From Octopus sinensis (Eukaryota), in NCBI RefSeq assembly GCF_006345805.1, contig NC_042999.1, forward strand, positions 133,362,001-133,426,000: a stretch of DNA of 64,000 nt, read 5' to 3'. This document shows, in pieces, positions 25,908 through 40,123 of this stretch (position 1 is the stretch's first letter; each line of letters opens with the position of its first letter). The translations under genes and the position numbers were made by a program. The notes under the pieces are model-generated. The model was not told where the DNA came from and searched no databases. It saw only the letters and a program-made list of their open reading frames with translations.

Positions 25908-27229
25908 CATATGGACATATATATCTCTCTGTCTGTTTACCTGTGTGTCTGTCAGTCTGTCTATCTAACTAGCTATATATATATATATATGTTGTGTGTG
26001 TTGTGTGTGTGTGTGTGTGTGTAATATATTATATATATACATATCTTATATGTGTATGTGTGTGTAACCTATAATACATGACCATATTATGTACATACTC
26101 ACACATACACACACGAGCGCAAACACACACGTACACTCATAATATGCATATATGCAGTTATACACGTACTCACGTGTAGTTGTAGCTTAAAACATCGTTA
26201 TATTCGTATATAGTGTGCATGTGTATATATATATTTGCGGGTGCGTGAAAAGTAGAGATAAGGAAATGTGATAGTCATATATGAGACAGTAAAGAGAATT
26301 CATGAGAGATAAGAGGTGATGAAAAAAGAAAGAAAGAGTTTGTTATTATTTCTCTCTAACGTCATGACAGTGATTGTGAATTAATGTAGTGTAACGTTCT
26401 ATATTTAATCTATACGGTTTTGTCTCATTCAAGCAACAGTAAATCTATGGAGATGAGAAAATGGCGCTCGGGGAAGCGGTTTAATGTATATATGCGTATG
26501 AGCCTGTATGTGCGCATGTGTGTGCGAGGGGGAGTGAGTTAGCGCTTGGATATGAATGTGTTTTGGGGAGTGTAGTTAGTGTATGTGTGTGTGTGTGTGT
26601 GTGTGTGAAGGTGTATTAAAATAATGTACGATTGAGTGTGTGTAGTGTTGTGATTTGGAGGCATGTTACAGCGGCGTTTATCTCTGCACATATCGAAATT
26701 TGTTCATTTGTATTAAGGATGTGTGTATGTCATGTCTATTTACGCTTCTATGTGTGCATATACATATACATACGTGTATTTATGTATATTATATATATTA
26801 TATATATAATATATGTATGTATATATATATATACGATATATATTACATACATAAATACACACACACGCACACATATACAAACATGCGCAGACACATACGG
26901 ATTTATACATATAGTTACGTATATTATGCATATCTATCGAATCTATTTATCTATCTGTGTATAAGTATGTGTATGTCTGTACATATATTAGACATACACG
27001 TATACCTATGTGTGTGTATGTGTGTAAGTATATACACGCGCATATACGTATATACAGACAGTGGGAGGCAGATAGGGTGGTGTATGAGACAAACAGAGAT
27101 CTTTGAAGGGCGCGTAAAGGTAATATTTAATGTTTTACTTGCTTCCATACCATCTTCGCTTAGTGAATTTGATCAACCTGAACTAATAATGAAAGCGCTG
27201 TAAAAATGTTGTATATATAGTTTATATAT

Positions 27230-27900
27230 TTCGAAATACTTTATGTTTGCCGCTAATGCAGTGTACTCTGATGAGTGGTACTTTCCCATTTTCTCAGGTA
27301 ATAAATCTTTGCTGACTGCGCTTCAAATTATCGCTATCATTACAACATGTGCTTATTTGTATATTTCGACATTAACTTATTGTGTCGTCAATACATTTCA
27401 CTGAAAACTACTAAAGCCATGAATCACCCTGTGTTGGCACTGACTATTACAGCACTGGAGATAAATAGATCTTAACAGTCGTATTGTTGAGGTACGTGGT
27501 TGATGTGTTACTGATGACCTTTAGGTTCTGTGCTACTGAGTTCACAATTTATGTCTCTGCAGTGTGTTGCTATTCGTTTCCCCACATTCATTCCCCATTA
27601 GTTATATCCGTATAAAGATTCACCTATTGTTAGTTATTGTCTTTTGAATGACCGTGTCCTTAAAGATGGCGGTTATCACACAAGGATTATTTCTTTTATA
27701 CACTATATTTTTCGGGCAAACGACGGAGCCCCAATACAGAAAGCAATTCTCCCTCAAAACACTCTGATTCTTCAATTGTGCTTTCTTTCATATTCCATAT
27801 CCGATAAAATGTACATTATTCACTGCTAGGATTCATTCCTAAATAGGTATTATGTTGCTACCAGTTCAAATATGTTTGGGACATATTCGAACGCATAAGA
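27230..27900 (-). pseudogene. Old Gypsy-type integrase relic
   Basis: LRENCFLYWGSVVCPK (cf. ENGCLLWGSRVVIPK) and, further downstream, DSDNLKRSQQRFI..ENG (cf. SDNGPQF..F..NG); many stops. Confidence 0.4.
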
Positions 27901-28164
27901 AAGTCGTTCTCTGCATTTTGTCATAGAGAAAAATTTTAGCTGTCGACAAAAAGTCGTGACCACACCAAGTCAGTCCGAAGCGCCCTCAGTTAAACAATTC
28001 CCCACCAGCAAATTTTTTTTAAAGTCTAACTCTTATTTTATCGGTCTCTTTTTGCTGAACCATTAGGACACTTATCAAATCGGTGTTAAATATATGTGCG
28101 TGTGTACGCCTATGTATTTGTGTGTCTGACGCGGGTGTGTGTATATATGTATGTAGTATGCATG

Positions 28165-28226
<62 letters not shown>

Positions 28227-28272
28227 ACATATATCATGTATATATATATTATATTATATATACATATATATA

Positions 28273-28790
28273 ACAAATTAAAAGCGTGGCTTATTAGCAA
28301 TAAGAACCTAAAGATGAAATTAATGGAGGTCACAAAAGTGATGGAGGGTACTGAGCCACTAAAGCATTATACTTAATGACAGACAAAAGGATGTGAGTCC
28401 CGAGCGTACACAGCTGCATCGCGATTTGGAATTTTGGTGCAGACCACCTAAATTCTCATCAGGAGTTCTTACCGCCTAGGGTTAAATCAACTACCTTTGT
28501 CAATCTTATAAGAAAAGCTGTTGAAATCATTTGCTGATTTTCAAAATGGTAAAAGTGTAAACAACAAATTAAAAGGGTGGTTTATTAGCAATTAGAATTG
28601 GTGATGAGAATTAAGGAGGTCTGCACCACAATTCGAAATCGCGATACGGCTTTACATGCGAGGGACTTACCTCCATTTGTCAGTCATTACGTATAGTGCT
28701 TTATTGGCTTTAGAGTTAATTTAACTCCTATCTTAGTATAAGTTGTGCTAGTCAGTACCATTAACCACTTTTGTGACCTCTATTAATTTT
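28273..28790. mobile_element. Diverged inverted pLTR pair with degenerate hammerheads at 28412-28466 (-) and 28597-28650 (+)
   Basis: 28315-28462 inverted at 28602-28790. Consensus of the two arms is CTGATGA-GAATT...AATTC-GAAA-TCGCGA-TA; 28273-28330 repeats directly at 28564-28620. Confidence 0.65.
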
Positions 28791-28843
28791 GCTTATATTA
28801 CACACATATATATATATATATTACAACATATATATATACATAC

Positions 28844-28934
<91 letters not shown>

Positions 28935-29058
28935 TATAAATACATAAATATACGTACATATATATACATGCATATATAAGTAAATAAATGGAGTTAAACG
29001 CAAGTGTTATTCAAATTCTTTTACTTTCGACATATATTTTGAAGACAACATTTGTTTT

Positions 29059-29142
29059 ATTCCAAAGGAATAAACGGTGTAAAATAATGTAATCTTCTCA
29101 TCAGGGTGAAGATTACATTATTTGACATCGTTTATTCCTTTG

Positions 29143-29146
<4 letters not shown>
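29059..29146. repeat. 88-bp hairpin abutting (TA)n
   Basis: attccaaaggaataaacggtgtaaaataatgtaatctt-ctcatcagggtg-aagattacattatttgacatcgtttattcctttggaat. Confidence 0.8.
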
Positions 29147-29183
<37 letters not shown>

Positions 29184-29452
29184 TTATATATATATATATA
29201 TTATATAATATATATATATATATGTACACATATATATGTGTGTGAGTTAGAGGTTGGGAAACCAACCAAGGGATAGTACCTATCCAATATACTGCTGGTA
29301 GTGTGCCCAATTATTTACCAAGTGCTGGTTATTGTGTGGCAATCTCGCAACTGAGTGTCATATATGGGCGGGGGTAAAAAGTAGTAAAATGGTTTGCCCT
29401 TAATTTGTACGGCAAATAACAAAATGGAGAGGAGACGGCATATATTTATATA

Positions 29453-29492
<40 letters not shown>

Positions 29493-30079
29493 AAGATATA
29501 TATTATATAATAATGCGAAAACAAATTTCTATGTGTCAGTGTGTACACTTTGACCCTCTCTCTCACTATTGAATAGCACTTCTACTATTCCTCATGATGA
29601 GGTGAGAATAATAGTAGGCATAGAGACTGTGAGGGCAGTGGCAAAGATAGAAGAGAGAGAGAGAGAGAGAGAGAGAAAGAAAAGGAGAGAAAGAAATACA
29701 ATCATATTTAGGGGAGGGGGGGCTGATGATGTTTTACTAAAAGTAGTAGTGTTGTAGTGGGAATAATAATAAAAGAGAGAGAGTGAGTTGGTATGTGACA
29801 GAAAGAGGGAGATGATGTACAACCTTTTGTTTAACCTTGTCTCTTTGATATACATACATTCATACCTATATACATACATATACCGACCAAAGCTATGTGA
29901 GTGGATTTGATAGATGGAAACTGAAAGAAGCCTGTCGTAATAATATTTGTGTGTGTGTGTGTCTTTGTGTCTCTGTTTCTCCTCTACCACCGCTTGACAA
30001 CCGGTGTTGGTGTATTTACCTCCATGTAGTTTAACAAAAGAATAAGTACCGAGGTTGATTCATTCAGGAAGCTACTTAC

Positions 30080-30156
30080 CGCATGAAAGAAATGTCATGT
30101 AATGCTTGGGTTGTTGCTAGTTCCAGGAGGTGATACTCTCTGTTGAGAAATACCCG
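30080..30156 (-). CDS. Candidate exon, anoctamin-like LHD motif region
   Basis: Acceptor gatttccccag|, donor ATGCG|GTAAGT; 77 nt, phase 0 to 2; RVFLNREYHLLELATTQALHDISFM(R). Phases join it to 62002-62121 and 18961-19218. Confidence 0.55.
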
Positions 30157-30654
30157 CTGGGGAAATCTTCACAATATACTTATATTTATTTATGGCTTAA
30201 TTTCAAATTAACACTCTCCATTAATCAATTTCACATTGACTTTGATATCCAGATTTTTAATCGTTTAAGGAACATGCTTTTGAATTGCTTTAAGGTTTTA
30301 CTTCGAGTGCAGAATCAATCCATCTCACTTACTGCGCGGAAATCCAAGTAATATAATAAACGATTAGAAATAACCCGTTTGACTCGGAGGAGAATAAAAG
30401 AATAACACTGGAATATGTCATTTATTCAACAGGACAGATATATTGACTGTTAACTAATTGAGAAATTATAAATTAATGCGAATGTCGGAAGATAACAATG
30501 TTAGAATGCATAAAATGGATTTTGATCTGAGAATTAATTGTAGAATATTTGAATGTTCCATAAACAGCGATAAAAATACTGAAATTCATTAAAATATGCA
30601 AATGAGAACCATTTTTGGATTTCAATAAACATGAAGAATTAACTACACATTCAC

Positions 30655-30754
30655 NNNNNNNNNNNNNNNNNNNNNNNNNNNNNNNNNNNNNNNNNNNNNN
30701 NNNNNNNNNNNNNNNNNNNNNNNNNNNNNNNNNNNNNNNNNNNNNNNNNNNNNN
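30655..30754. other. Assembly gap (100 N)
   Basis: Run of exactly 100 n, a typical scaffolding placeholder. Confidence 0.99.
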
Positions 30755-32541
30755 ATTAATTTAATAGCTTGCTTATACCATTGGTTTCATTGATCTAAAG
30801 CTTACCACTATCCTGTCGCACAAACAAGTAATATGCGTCGAGTAGATGTCAACAAGAAACACCCATTCTGTTTAACTAAATTGCTAGAAATAGCCGCCAG
30901 ACATCCCTCATATCACAAATATTCATCATGAATAAAATAAAGTTATTTTCTAAATATATGAAAATTACTTCATTATAGGTTTGCTCTAGGAGTAGTAACT
31001 TAGGGCTAAAGAACATTCCTTGGATACCTTACTTTTTATGACCATACATTAGAACAAGATCCACAAAGGAGGATAGCAATATGGCTCCTCATTTACTAAA
31101 ATACTAAACATATGCCTCTGACCTCCATAGCATATTGGCAGTGACCTGGCATGTTAACATTTAATTCCTTGAAACACACACCTTTTCTTGCTTGGTATTT
31201 CGGTGGAGCGTCACATATAAATACCCCGTACATCCACTCACTTTCATTTTACATAACCTACTATCACTTACTTTTTACTTGTCTTTTAACAGCCTCGTAT
31301 TTCCACACTATTTTAGTTTAAGACCGCTAAAAATTACACAAAGATAATAATTATATATGGATATTAACAGACACAGCCTGTCCGTGGGTTTTAATTATTA
31401 TTAAAATTTATACAGTTCGATAAATTTACATTACGGTTGAGGGAATACGAAGCTCACTTTGCAACTATCTTGTTTCGGATTAACTCCTATAGCACAGCAC
31501 ATTGGGAAAGTGTCTTCTATTACAGCCCCAAGTCGACTAATGCCTTGTGAGTAAATTTGTTAGACGGAAATTGCTTGAAATCCGTCGTACATACACACAC
31601 ACACACAAGCAAACACACGATTATCTTATGAACTTCATTAGCTTCATATGTATATGTGTGCGTGCCTATATTTGTGTTTGTCCCTCATAATCTCTTGACA
31701 ACTAGTGTTGGTTTGTTTGCGTCCCCGTAGCCTAAATGTTCGGCAAGAAAGACCGATGAAATTAGTATTGTAATAGATTTGTTCGATTAAATCCCTTAAG
31801 ATGGTGACCCAGCGTGACAACAGACCAATAACTGAAATAATTAAAAGCAAAAAGATAATATAAATGGAATTTCAATTCTTGAATACTGATTCAATCACAA
31901 TTGCACTACAGAAGATAGTTTAAACGTGCTTCATAAAAATCCGTAAAATACAACCGAATGTAGAACATAATTGGATATACGGGTATTTTGAAAATACCGC
32001 AAGGAATGATGAACTGCATAATTACCGGCTGTACTGCGGTAAGGCATAGCACCCGTTCAGCCACTCTGCCAGGGATGCAGTGAAGTCATGAGACTACAGC
32101 ATGGTAGATTGTGAAGAGGTAGCGGACGAGCTCAACTGAGCCAACGGTACTTCTTACATTGTTGCTGAGCGGAGGAATTCTAGAAGATCAACGGTGAGGA
32201 GCGCCAAGCTCTATCAAGAGAGTAACTGCAACGTATCAATGGGGGCAGCGTCCATGATTGTGTAATCAGCAAATGAAAGATTCACTATTGACTCAAGCTT
32301 CCGATTCAAATTCATAATAATGGAATTGGATGGCGACAGAGTGTCAGGGGAATCCACGAAAGAAGCGGGAAAAAAAAACTAGAGCATATAAGTCAAATGA
32401 GCTATGATATTCTATTTGACAAGATGTGCCAAAACGCAAAATATTCAACCACCGAGGTGCAACACTGTGACCTACAAGTCGAATATACACGCCATATTGA
32501 CGTATGTTTACGTTTATAAATCATAGTGTATGCGTATGGCA

Positions 32542-32585
<44 letters not shown>

Positions 32586-32886
32586 AATATATAATATGTA
32601 TATACCTGTGTGTGTGTGTGTGTGTGTGTGTGCGTAGGTGTGTGGATGCATATGTATTATTTACGGCGCCGAGGCAGTGGCCTGTTACTCAAGAGTTTCC
32701 TCGACATGAACTCTTTTTCCTCCTTCGCTTAACATATAATACAGTAATATAGAATAGAATATATACAAATACACACACACACATACGTGTTCATACATAT
32801 ATATACATATACATACATACATGCATGTATTCATATATATATATGTGTATGTATATATGAATATATATATATATATGTATGTATGT

Positions 32887-32924
<38 letters not shown>

Positions 32925-33010
32925 ATATGTATATGTATGTATACACATATGTGTGTGAGTATTGTTGTATATATGTATATATATTATATATATATATACA
33001 CACATATATA

Positions 33011-33052
<42 letters not shown>

Positions 33053-33699
33053 CATATATATATATATATATATAAATACAGGCACCACACAAAACACACA
33101 CTTGCGTACGCAAATGACATACAAATGCAGATAAAATAATAACAAAAGCAACAATAATCATTTAAAAATATCAACAACAACAGCCACAATGATGTGCAAT
33201 ATATTTGTCTATTTGTCATACAGCAGCAACGACAATAGCAACACAGAGCAGCAACAGTGTGAGCGTAAAATAGACGAGACGCATTGAATCATAAGAATAA
33301 TGATGGAGTCATGAACATGTGACCGTGCATCTGTATATACGTGTGTGAAGGTTACTTATCTGTAAGTGAATGTATGCGCGCGTGTGTGTCTCTATATTAT
33401 CTGTGTGTATGTGTGAGCGTGTGTGTGTGTGTGTGTATGTGTGTTGTGGGGAGATAACTGATGTTTGACTTCTGCTAACCTAACTGACAATATAGTTTCC
33501 TCCGGGGATAGCAAATTGGATGAATGTTTTCAATGTTTGACAGCATCCCGATAAAAACAACAGTGGAAAAAAAAATATTAGATGTCTATCTCATAAGCTA
33601 ACCATGTCTCGACATTCTGGCTTCTCCTTCCTCGCCATTCTGTCGCTCTCTTTTCCTTCTCCATTTTACACCATTTCATCTTAGCCTGCGCCATCATCA

Positions 33700-33963
33700 T
33701 CATCATTATATCATCATCATCATCATCATCATCATTCTTCTTCTTCTTCTTCTTATCCCCCTCCTCCTCCTCCTCAGTCTTCTTATTATTATCATCATTA
33801 TCATCAATGTCGTCGTCGTCGTCATCGCCATCATCGTCTTCAAGCTCACCACCACCATCACATCATAATCTTCATCATCACCACTACCATCGTCACCACC
33901 ACCACTACCAAAAGCAACAACAACATCCTCATCATCATGTTCATCATCATCATCATCATCATA

Positions 33964-34027
<64 letters not shown>

Positions 34028-34529
34028 ACATTATCCTCACCACCATTGCTGCCGTTGATGTTATTATCTGCTTCTTCATCATCATATTCATTTCCTTGTT
34101 TTCTTCTTCTTCCTTTTCTTCTTTTTATTCTTTTACTTTTTGTTTTCTTTCTTATTCCTCTTCCTCTTCTAGATTCTGCTGCTGTTACTGATCTTTTTGA
34201 TTGGTCTTCTATTTCATAGTCATCATCATCATAATCATCATCATCATCATCACCAAATTCACGTATCACCATCGATCTCATTATTATAATAATCACAGTC
34301 ATGGGTATGATCATCATCACTCCCTCCATCATCATTATCATCATCATCATCATTATGAGTATCATCACCACATCGTCATCATCAGCATCATCATTATCAT
34401 AACCATCGTCGTCGTAATCCTCATCAGCATCATCGTCAATCATCATCATCCTCATCATCGGCATCATCGGCATCATCTTCACCAAACCACATCCGTCTTC
34501 ATCACTATTATCATCATCAGCAGCAGCTG

Positions 34530-34560
<31 letters not shown>

Positions 34561-35057
34561 GAAACCATCGTCGTCGTAATCCTCATCCTCATCATCGTCA
34601 ATCATCATCATCCTCATCATCAGCATCATCGGCATCATCTTCACCAAACCACATCCGTCTTCATCACTATTATCATCATCATCAGCAGCAGCAGTAGCAG
34701 CAGCTGCATCATCAACATCATCATCATCATCATCATCATCATCGAAACCATCGTCGTCGTAATCCTCATCCTCATCATCGTCAATCATCATCATCCTCAT
34801 CATCAGCATCATCGACATCATCTTCACCAAACCACATCCGTCTTCATCACTATTATCATCATCAGCAGCAGCAGCAGTAGCAGCAGCTGCATCATCAACA
34901 TCATCATCATCATCATCATCATCGTAACCATCGTCGTCGTAATCCTCATCCTCATCATCGTCAATCATCATCATCCTCATCATCAGCATCATCGGCATCA
35001 TCTTCACCAAACCACATCCGACTTCATCACTATTATCATCATCATCAGCAGCAGCTG

Positions 35058-35088
<31 letters not shown>

Positions 35089-35460
35089 GTAACCATCGTC
35101 GTCGTAATCCTCATCCTCATCATCGTCAATCATCATCATCCTCATCATCAGCATCATCGGCATCATCTTCACCAAACCACATCCGACTTCATCACTATTA
35201 TCATCATCACCATCATCGTCATCATCATCATTAACATCATCATCATCATCATCATCACCATCATCACCATCACCATCACCATCATCATCATCATCATCAT
35301 CATAATCATCATCATCATCATCATGGTCATCGTCGCAATCGCAATCATCAACAAGTCCCTTCTCCGACCCACCGTCAACACAAGCACACATTCCATCGTT
35401 CAACAAACAACAGCAACGACTACCAAAATCTTCAACCACACCAGTAAAATAACCAGTATT
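33700..35460. repeat. Compound (CAT)n-based trinucleotide array with a five-copy higher-order unit at ~34375-35215
   Basis: Unit ...ccatcgtcgtcgtaatcctcatcctcatcatcgtcaatc...cttcaccaaaccacatccg.cttcatcactattatc... repeated five times with near identity. Confidence 0.9.
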
Positions 35461-35689
35461 TAGAACCCTGTGTGTGTGTATATTCCCGTCCGTGTTATTT
35501 TACTCGTATCATTGGGTATTAATCCGGCGCTTCGGGTATGTCAGTGAGTACATGGAGGAAATAAAACAAAACAGGCCAGATTGTTTATAAGATATTTAGT
35601 GTAACGAAATATATTATAAACAATCTCACATGTTATATATGTATGTACGTATGTATGCATGTGTGTGTGTGTATGTATATATATATATA

Positions 35690-35720
<31 letters not shown>

Positions 35721-35993
35721 CGTATATATATATATATATATGTATTTATATATATATATGTATGTATGTATATATATATATATGTGTGTGTGTATATATC
35801 CATGAGGGTGAGTAAAGAAACGAAAGTAGCTGTCAACACATTCAGTTGGAGTTTCGTGTATTTAATAACAGTTTGACACCACATTACTTAAAGTTTAGTG
35901 GACGTGTTTGTGCTAGTGTACGTTCGTGTGTGTCTGCGTGCGTATCTCTCTCTCTCTCTCTCACTCTTTCGCTCTCTCTCTCTCTCTCTCTCA

Positions 35994-36029
<36 letters not shown>

Positions 36030-37240
36030 GTAATTAATGGTGGAAGCCCAATTAGTTCAAAATAGCAATCATACTTGTAAATCATACTTGTAGTAGATAT
36101 ATTTTTGAAAGCATTCGTCTCGAGAAAGCATCCCTTACAGGCATATAGTGTTGAAACGTAGAAAAAATTAGTTATAGATGAAAGTCGTCGACTAGAAGCA
36201 GTGAAATCGCTAAATACGTATTTCTACTTCATGTCTCTCTATTCATATATATATATATATAATATATATATATCTGTATGTATGTGTGTGTGTATGTATG
36301 TATGTATGTATGTATGTATGTATGTACGTATGTATGTATGTATGTATGCGCGAGTGTCTGTGCATATGATATTTATACAGACATGCATGCAAGAGTACAC
36401 GCATACATACATGCATGCATATGTACATACATACATACATACATACATACATACATACATACATACATACATACATACATACATACATACAAAACCAGAA
36501 AGGAGCAAGCTATTTCGAAGGCTACATATCCAATCCATCACTGGAGCTGTAAAAATCTGTTAAACCTTCCAGAAGTTTATCATTTCAATATATATGAGCA
36601 TGTCTAGATATGTAGCTCTATGCATGAGAATCCATACATAAAACATACATCTGCACATACATACATACATACATACATACATACATACATACATACATAC
36701 AAAAAACCCTGTTGTTGATGTTGAAATTCCAATGAAGTAACTTTGGATCTAGATTATAAAACGGTTCTTTCTGTATTGGCAAAAAATTTTGAAATATACT
36801 GAATAATGACATGCAAATCCGATCAACGGAACAACTTGGCCATGGAATCTACGTGCAAGTGGCTAAGCACTTCACAGACACCTGTACTCTTAACGTAGTT
36901 CTCAGGAAGATTCTGCGTGAGACAGAATGCGACAAAGTCATTGAAGCCAGTAATTCAACACGGCTATTGTAAAGACAATGCCATTATCAGCTGATAGCGT
37001 TTTACATTCAAATATGATTTAGACTGGACACTTTTCGAGAAGTCAACATATATTACTGTCCAATAGTTTTGGTCTTACATCGACCGCCAACACTTTTTTC
37101 TGCAAAATATCGGTAGCTTGTCCTGTTCAAGCAATATTATTAGAATTATCCTGCGTTTGAGAATTTAAAATCACTTCTTTAACTTTCTAAGACATCTCAA
37201 CGCTTCTAAAACAAACTTCGTTTGTTTGTTTACGTTCATC

Positions 37241-37284
<44 letters not shown>

Positions 37285-37480
37285 TATAGTTCATAGATGA
37301 GAATCAGATATTCTCAGTATAGAATACACTTAGTAGTGCTTCAAGTGAATTAAAGTTGAACGGGTATAGAAATGTATGGCGGGATAAGCAAGTATATGTG
37401 TTTACATACAAAAAAGGTCCGATTCACACAGAATACAAATGATATAGAGAATTAAAGGGGTTGAAGAAAAATATTACAAA

Positions 37481-37575
37481 TCCAACAGCTGTTTCTGGGA
37501 GGGGGGTCGGCGGTCCAAAATAGTGTTTGTAGATTGATTCCATCATAAGATGAGACGACCTTCCGTCTTCAGGGA
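37481..37575 (-). ncRNA. Type I hammerhead motif (stem II base degenerate) within a pLTR-like fragment at ~37285-37660
   Basis: Minus strand TCC-CTGAAGA-CGGAAGGTCG...CGACCCCCCTCCCA-GAAAC-AGCT-GTT-GGA; palindrome ACAGCTGT. Confidence 0.6.
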
Positions 37576-37807
37576 AGAGATCTTACATTTGAGGTGCCAA
37601 AGGAAAGAAGTTCAACGATGGAAACTTATATTGATCTGTCTAACATGCTTATCCCTACTTTTATATATATATATATGTGTGTGTTTGTGTGTGTGTGTGT
37701 GTGTATATATATACATATATAAAAGTATATATATATATATATATACGAATAATTGTACAATGTGAAGTCCTCCTTACGGAAAGAGGAATTCTTCTCGAAG
37801 AAGACTA

Positions 37808-37841
<34 letters not shown>

Positions 37842-37939
37842 TAATATAATAATAATATAATAATAATATAATAATAATAATAATATATAATAATAATAAT
37901 ATAATAATAATAATAATAATAATAATGATAATAATAATA

Positions 37940-40092
37940 CCAATAACCTGCCTCCCTACTATGTTCCAGGCTTTACTTACTGCAGTGATATCACAAAGGC
38001 TGAACAAGCACCTGGACGAAACAAACTGTTCCCAGAAGAACAGAAAGGATGCCGCAAAGGCTCATATGGCTGTAAAGATCAACTAATGATTAATAAAGCC
38101 ATAACTGAAGACAGCCACAGAAAGAAGAAAGGCCTCAGTATGGCCTGGATTGACTACAAAAAGGCGTTTGATAGCATCCCCCACACATGGATCCTCGAAA
38201 CACTAGCCATTAACAAAGTAGCATCAACAACATAAAATTCATAGAGCACTCTATGAATAAATGGCAAACAGTCCTACACCTCCAAACAAAAGAGGACTCA
38301 TGAAAACCAAAGACATCCCATTAGAAGAGGAATATTCCAGGGAGACACGCTCTCTCCACCTCTTTCTGCTTGGCACTGTCACTCTATCTGATATGCTAAA
38401 TAGAACTGGATGCGGATAAAATGTTACGGCAAAACGATCAGCCACCTTTATATATGGATGACCTAAAACTATACGCTGCAAATGACAAACAGCTGGAAAC
38501 ACTATTAAAGACAGTTCATGGATTTACCAAAGAAATAGATATGAAATTTGGATTAGAAAAATGCGCCAAAGTAACCATGAAAAGAGGAAACTAGTTAAGA
38601 GTAACAACATCACACTAGATAAAACCAATGAAATAAAAGAATTAGACCAAAGCCAAACTTACAATACTTAGGAATCCATGAACTAGATAAGACACAACAC
38701 ACACAAATGAAAGAGAAAATAAAAAAAAGAATATTATAGACGAGTTAGATCAATACTAAACAAGAGCTCAATGCCAAAAACAAGATAATAGGTATCAACA
38801 CTTTAGCTGTCCCAGTTATAAGTTACAGCTACAATATCCTTAACTGGACACGAAATGAACTGACCAAATAGATAGGAAAACAAGAAAATAATGACAGGAT
38901 CTAGGATGCATCACCCAAAATCTGACATAGAAAGACTATATACAACGTATAGAAGGTGGTAGAGGCCTTATACAGCTGGAAAACTACTATAAAATAAACC
39001 ACCATAGGACTGCAAAAATATCTACTTCAGAAGGAAGGAAACTGATCCAGATAGCGGCAAAACACGAGCACAAACAAAAAACTGTTCTCAGTATTTAAGG
39101 AAGCTGACAAATACAAACAAGAAATCATACCACCTAATAAACATGAAGAAGAAGAAGAAGATGAAGAAACAACAAAAGCTATAAACAAATGAAATCCAAA
39201 CTAAAATAGAACAGCAACGAATCATGATAAAACGATGGCAAGAAAAGCCCCTTCATGGTAAATACTGGACTAAACTAAACGCAAAAGAAATAGACAAAGA
39301 AAAATCCCAGCAATGGTTGAGAAGCTCAGGACTCAAAGCAGAAACAGAGGGATTTTTAATTGCAGCACAAGACCAAAGCCTCCACCAGAAATTACCAAAA
39401 ACATGTAATGAAAAGAAATATTACAAGTAACTGCAGAATATGTGGAGATGGACAAGAAACAATAAATCATATTATCTCTAGCTGCCCAGTCCTGGCTAAG
39501 AGGAATATATTCACAGACATGACAGAGTTGGAACCTACATACATTGGAAGCTATGCCAACATTATGGAATAACAACAGAAAAAAGATGGTATAGGCACAC
39601 ACCAGAAAGGTCACAGAAAACGAGAAAGCAACCATACTCTGGGATATGCCGATACACACAGATAGAGAAATTAAGGCCAACAGACCAGATATAGTTGTCA
39701 GAGACCATGAAGAAAAAAAATGCTTTCTAATTGATGTATCAATACCGGCTGATGACAACGTTTCTCTAAAAGAAATGGAGAAACTCTCAAAATACAAAGA
39801 CCTGGAAATAGAGGTAACTAGAATGTGGAATCTGAAAACAGAAACAATCCTATCATAGTAGGTGCATTAGGCATGATAAAAAATATTCAGACAAATACAT
39901 AACAAAACACCAGGACTTACAAACCATATAACATACAGAAAATTGCACTACTAGGCACTGCACACATCCTACGCAGAACACTTCCATACAATAACCATCA
40001 GAGCATCAAAACAAATCACAGCACATACCAAGGCACACAGAGCTGCGCTCGGTAGTGAAGTGAAAGCACGCTATAAAAATAAAAATAAAATA

Positions 40093-40095
<3 letters not shown>
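37940..40095 (+). mobile_element. 5'-truncated R4/Dong-type RLE non-LTR retrotransposon, frameshifted, in a (TAA)n array
   Basis: PEEQKGCRKGSYGCKDQL; AWIDYKKAFDS; QGDTLSP; YMDDLKLY; CRICGDGQETINHIISSC (CCHC); RPDIV...CFLIDVSIPADDNVSLKEMEKLSKYKDL (restriction-like endonuclease); (AAT)n on both sides. Confidence 0.9.

Positions 40096-40123
<28 letters not shown>

Noticed and set aside
27150-27180. 27-nt phase 2-2 micro-exon candidate LIKFTKRR on the minus strand
   Set aside because: Moderate splice sites, lies at the edge of a decayed Gypsy integrase, and is not needed for the gene model.
32000-32350. GC-richer unique stretch that might be an exon or old LINE tail
   Set aside because: All frames contain stops and no motif could be recognised with confidence.
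34375-35215. CRISPR-like repeat-spacer appearance; also the 43631 and 55780 arrays
   Set aside because: Units are contiguous tandem repeats without unique spacers, the context is eukaryotic, and there are no cas genes.
33706-35439. Reflectin or Aspein gene call for the D/M-rich ORF
   Set aside because: No reflectin repeat motif, no signal peptide, GTG start; kept only as an open question in findings.
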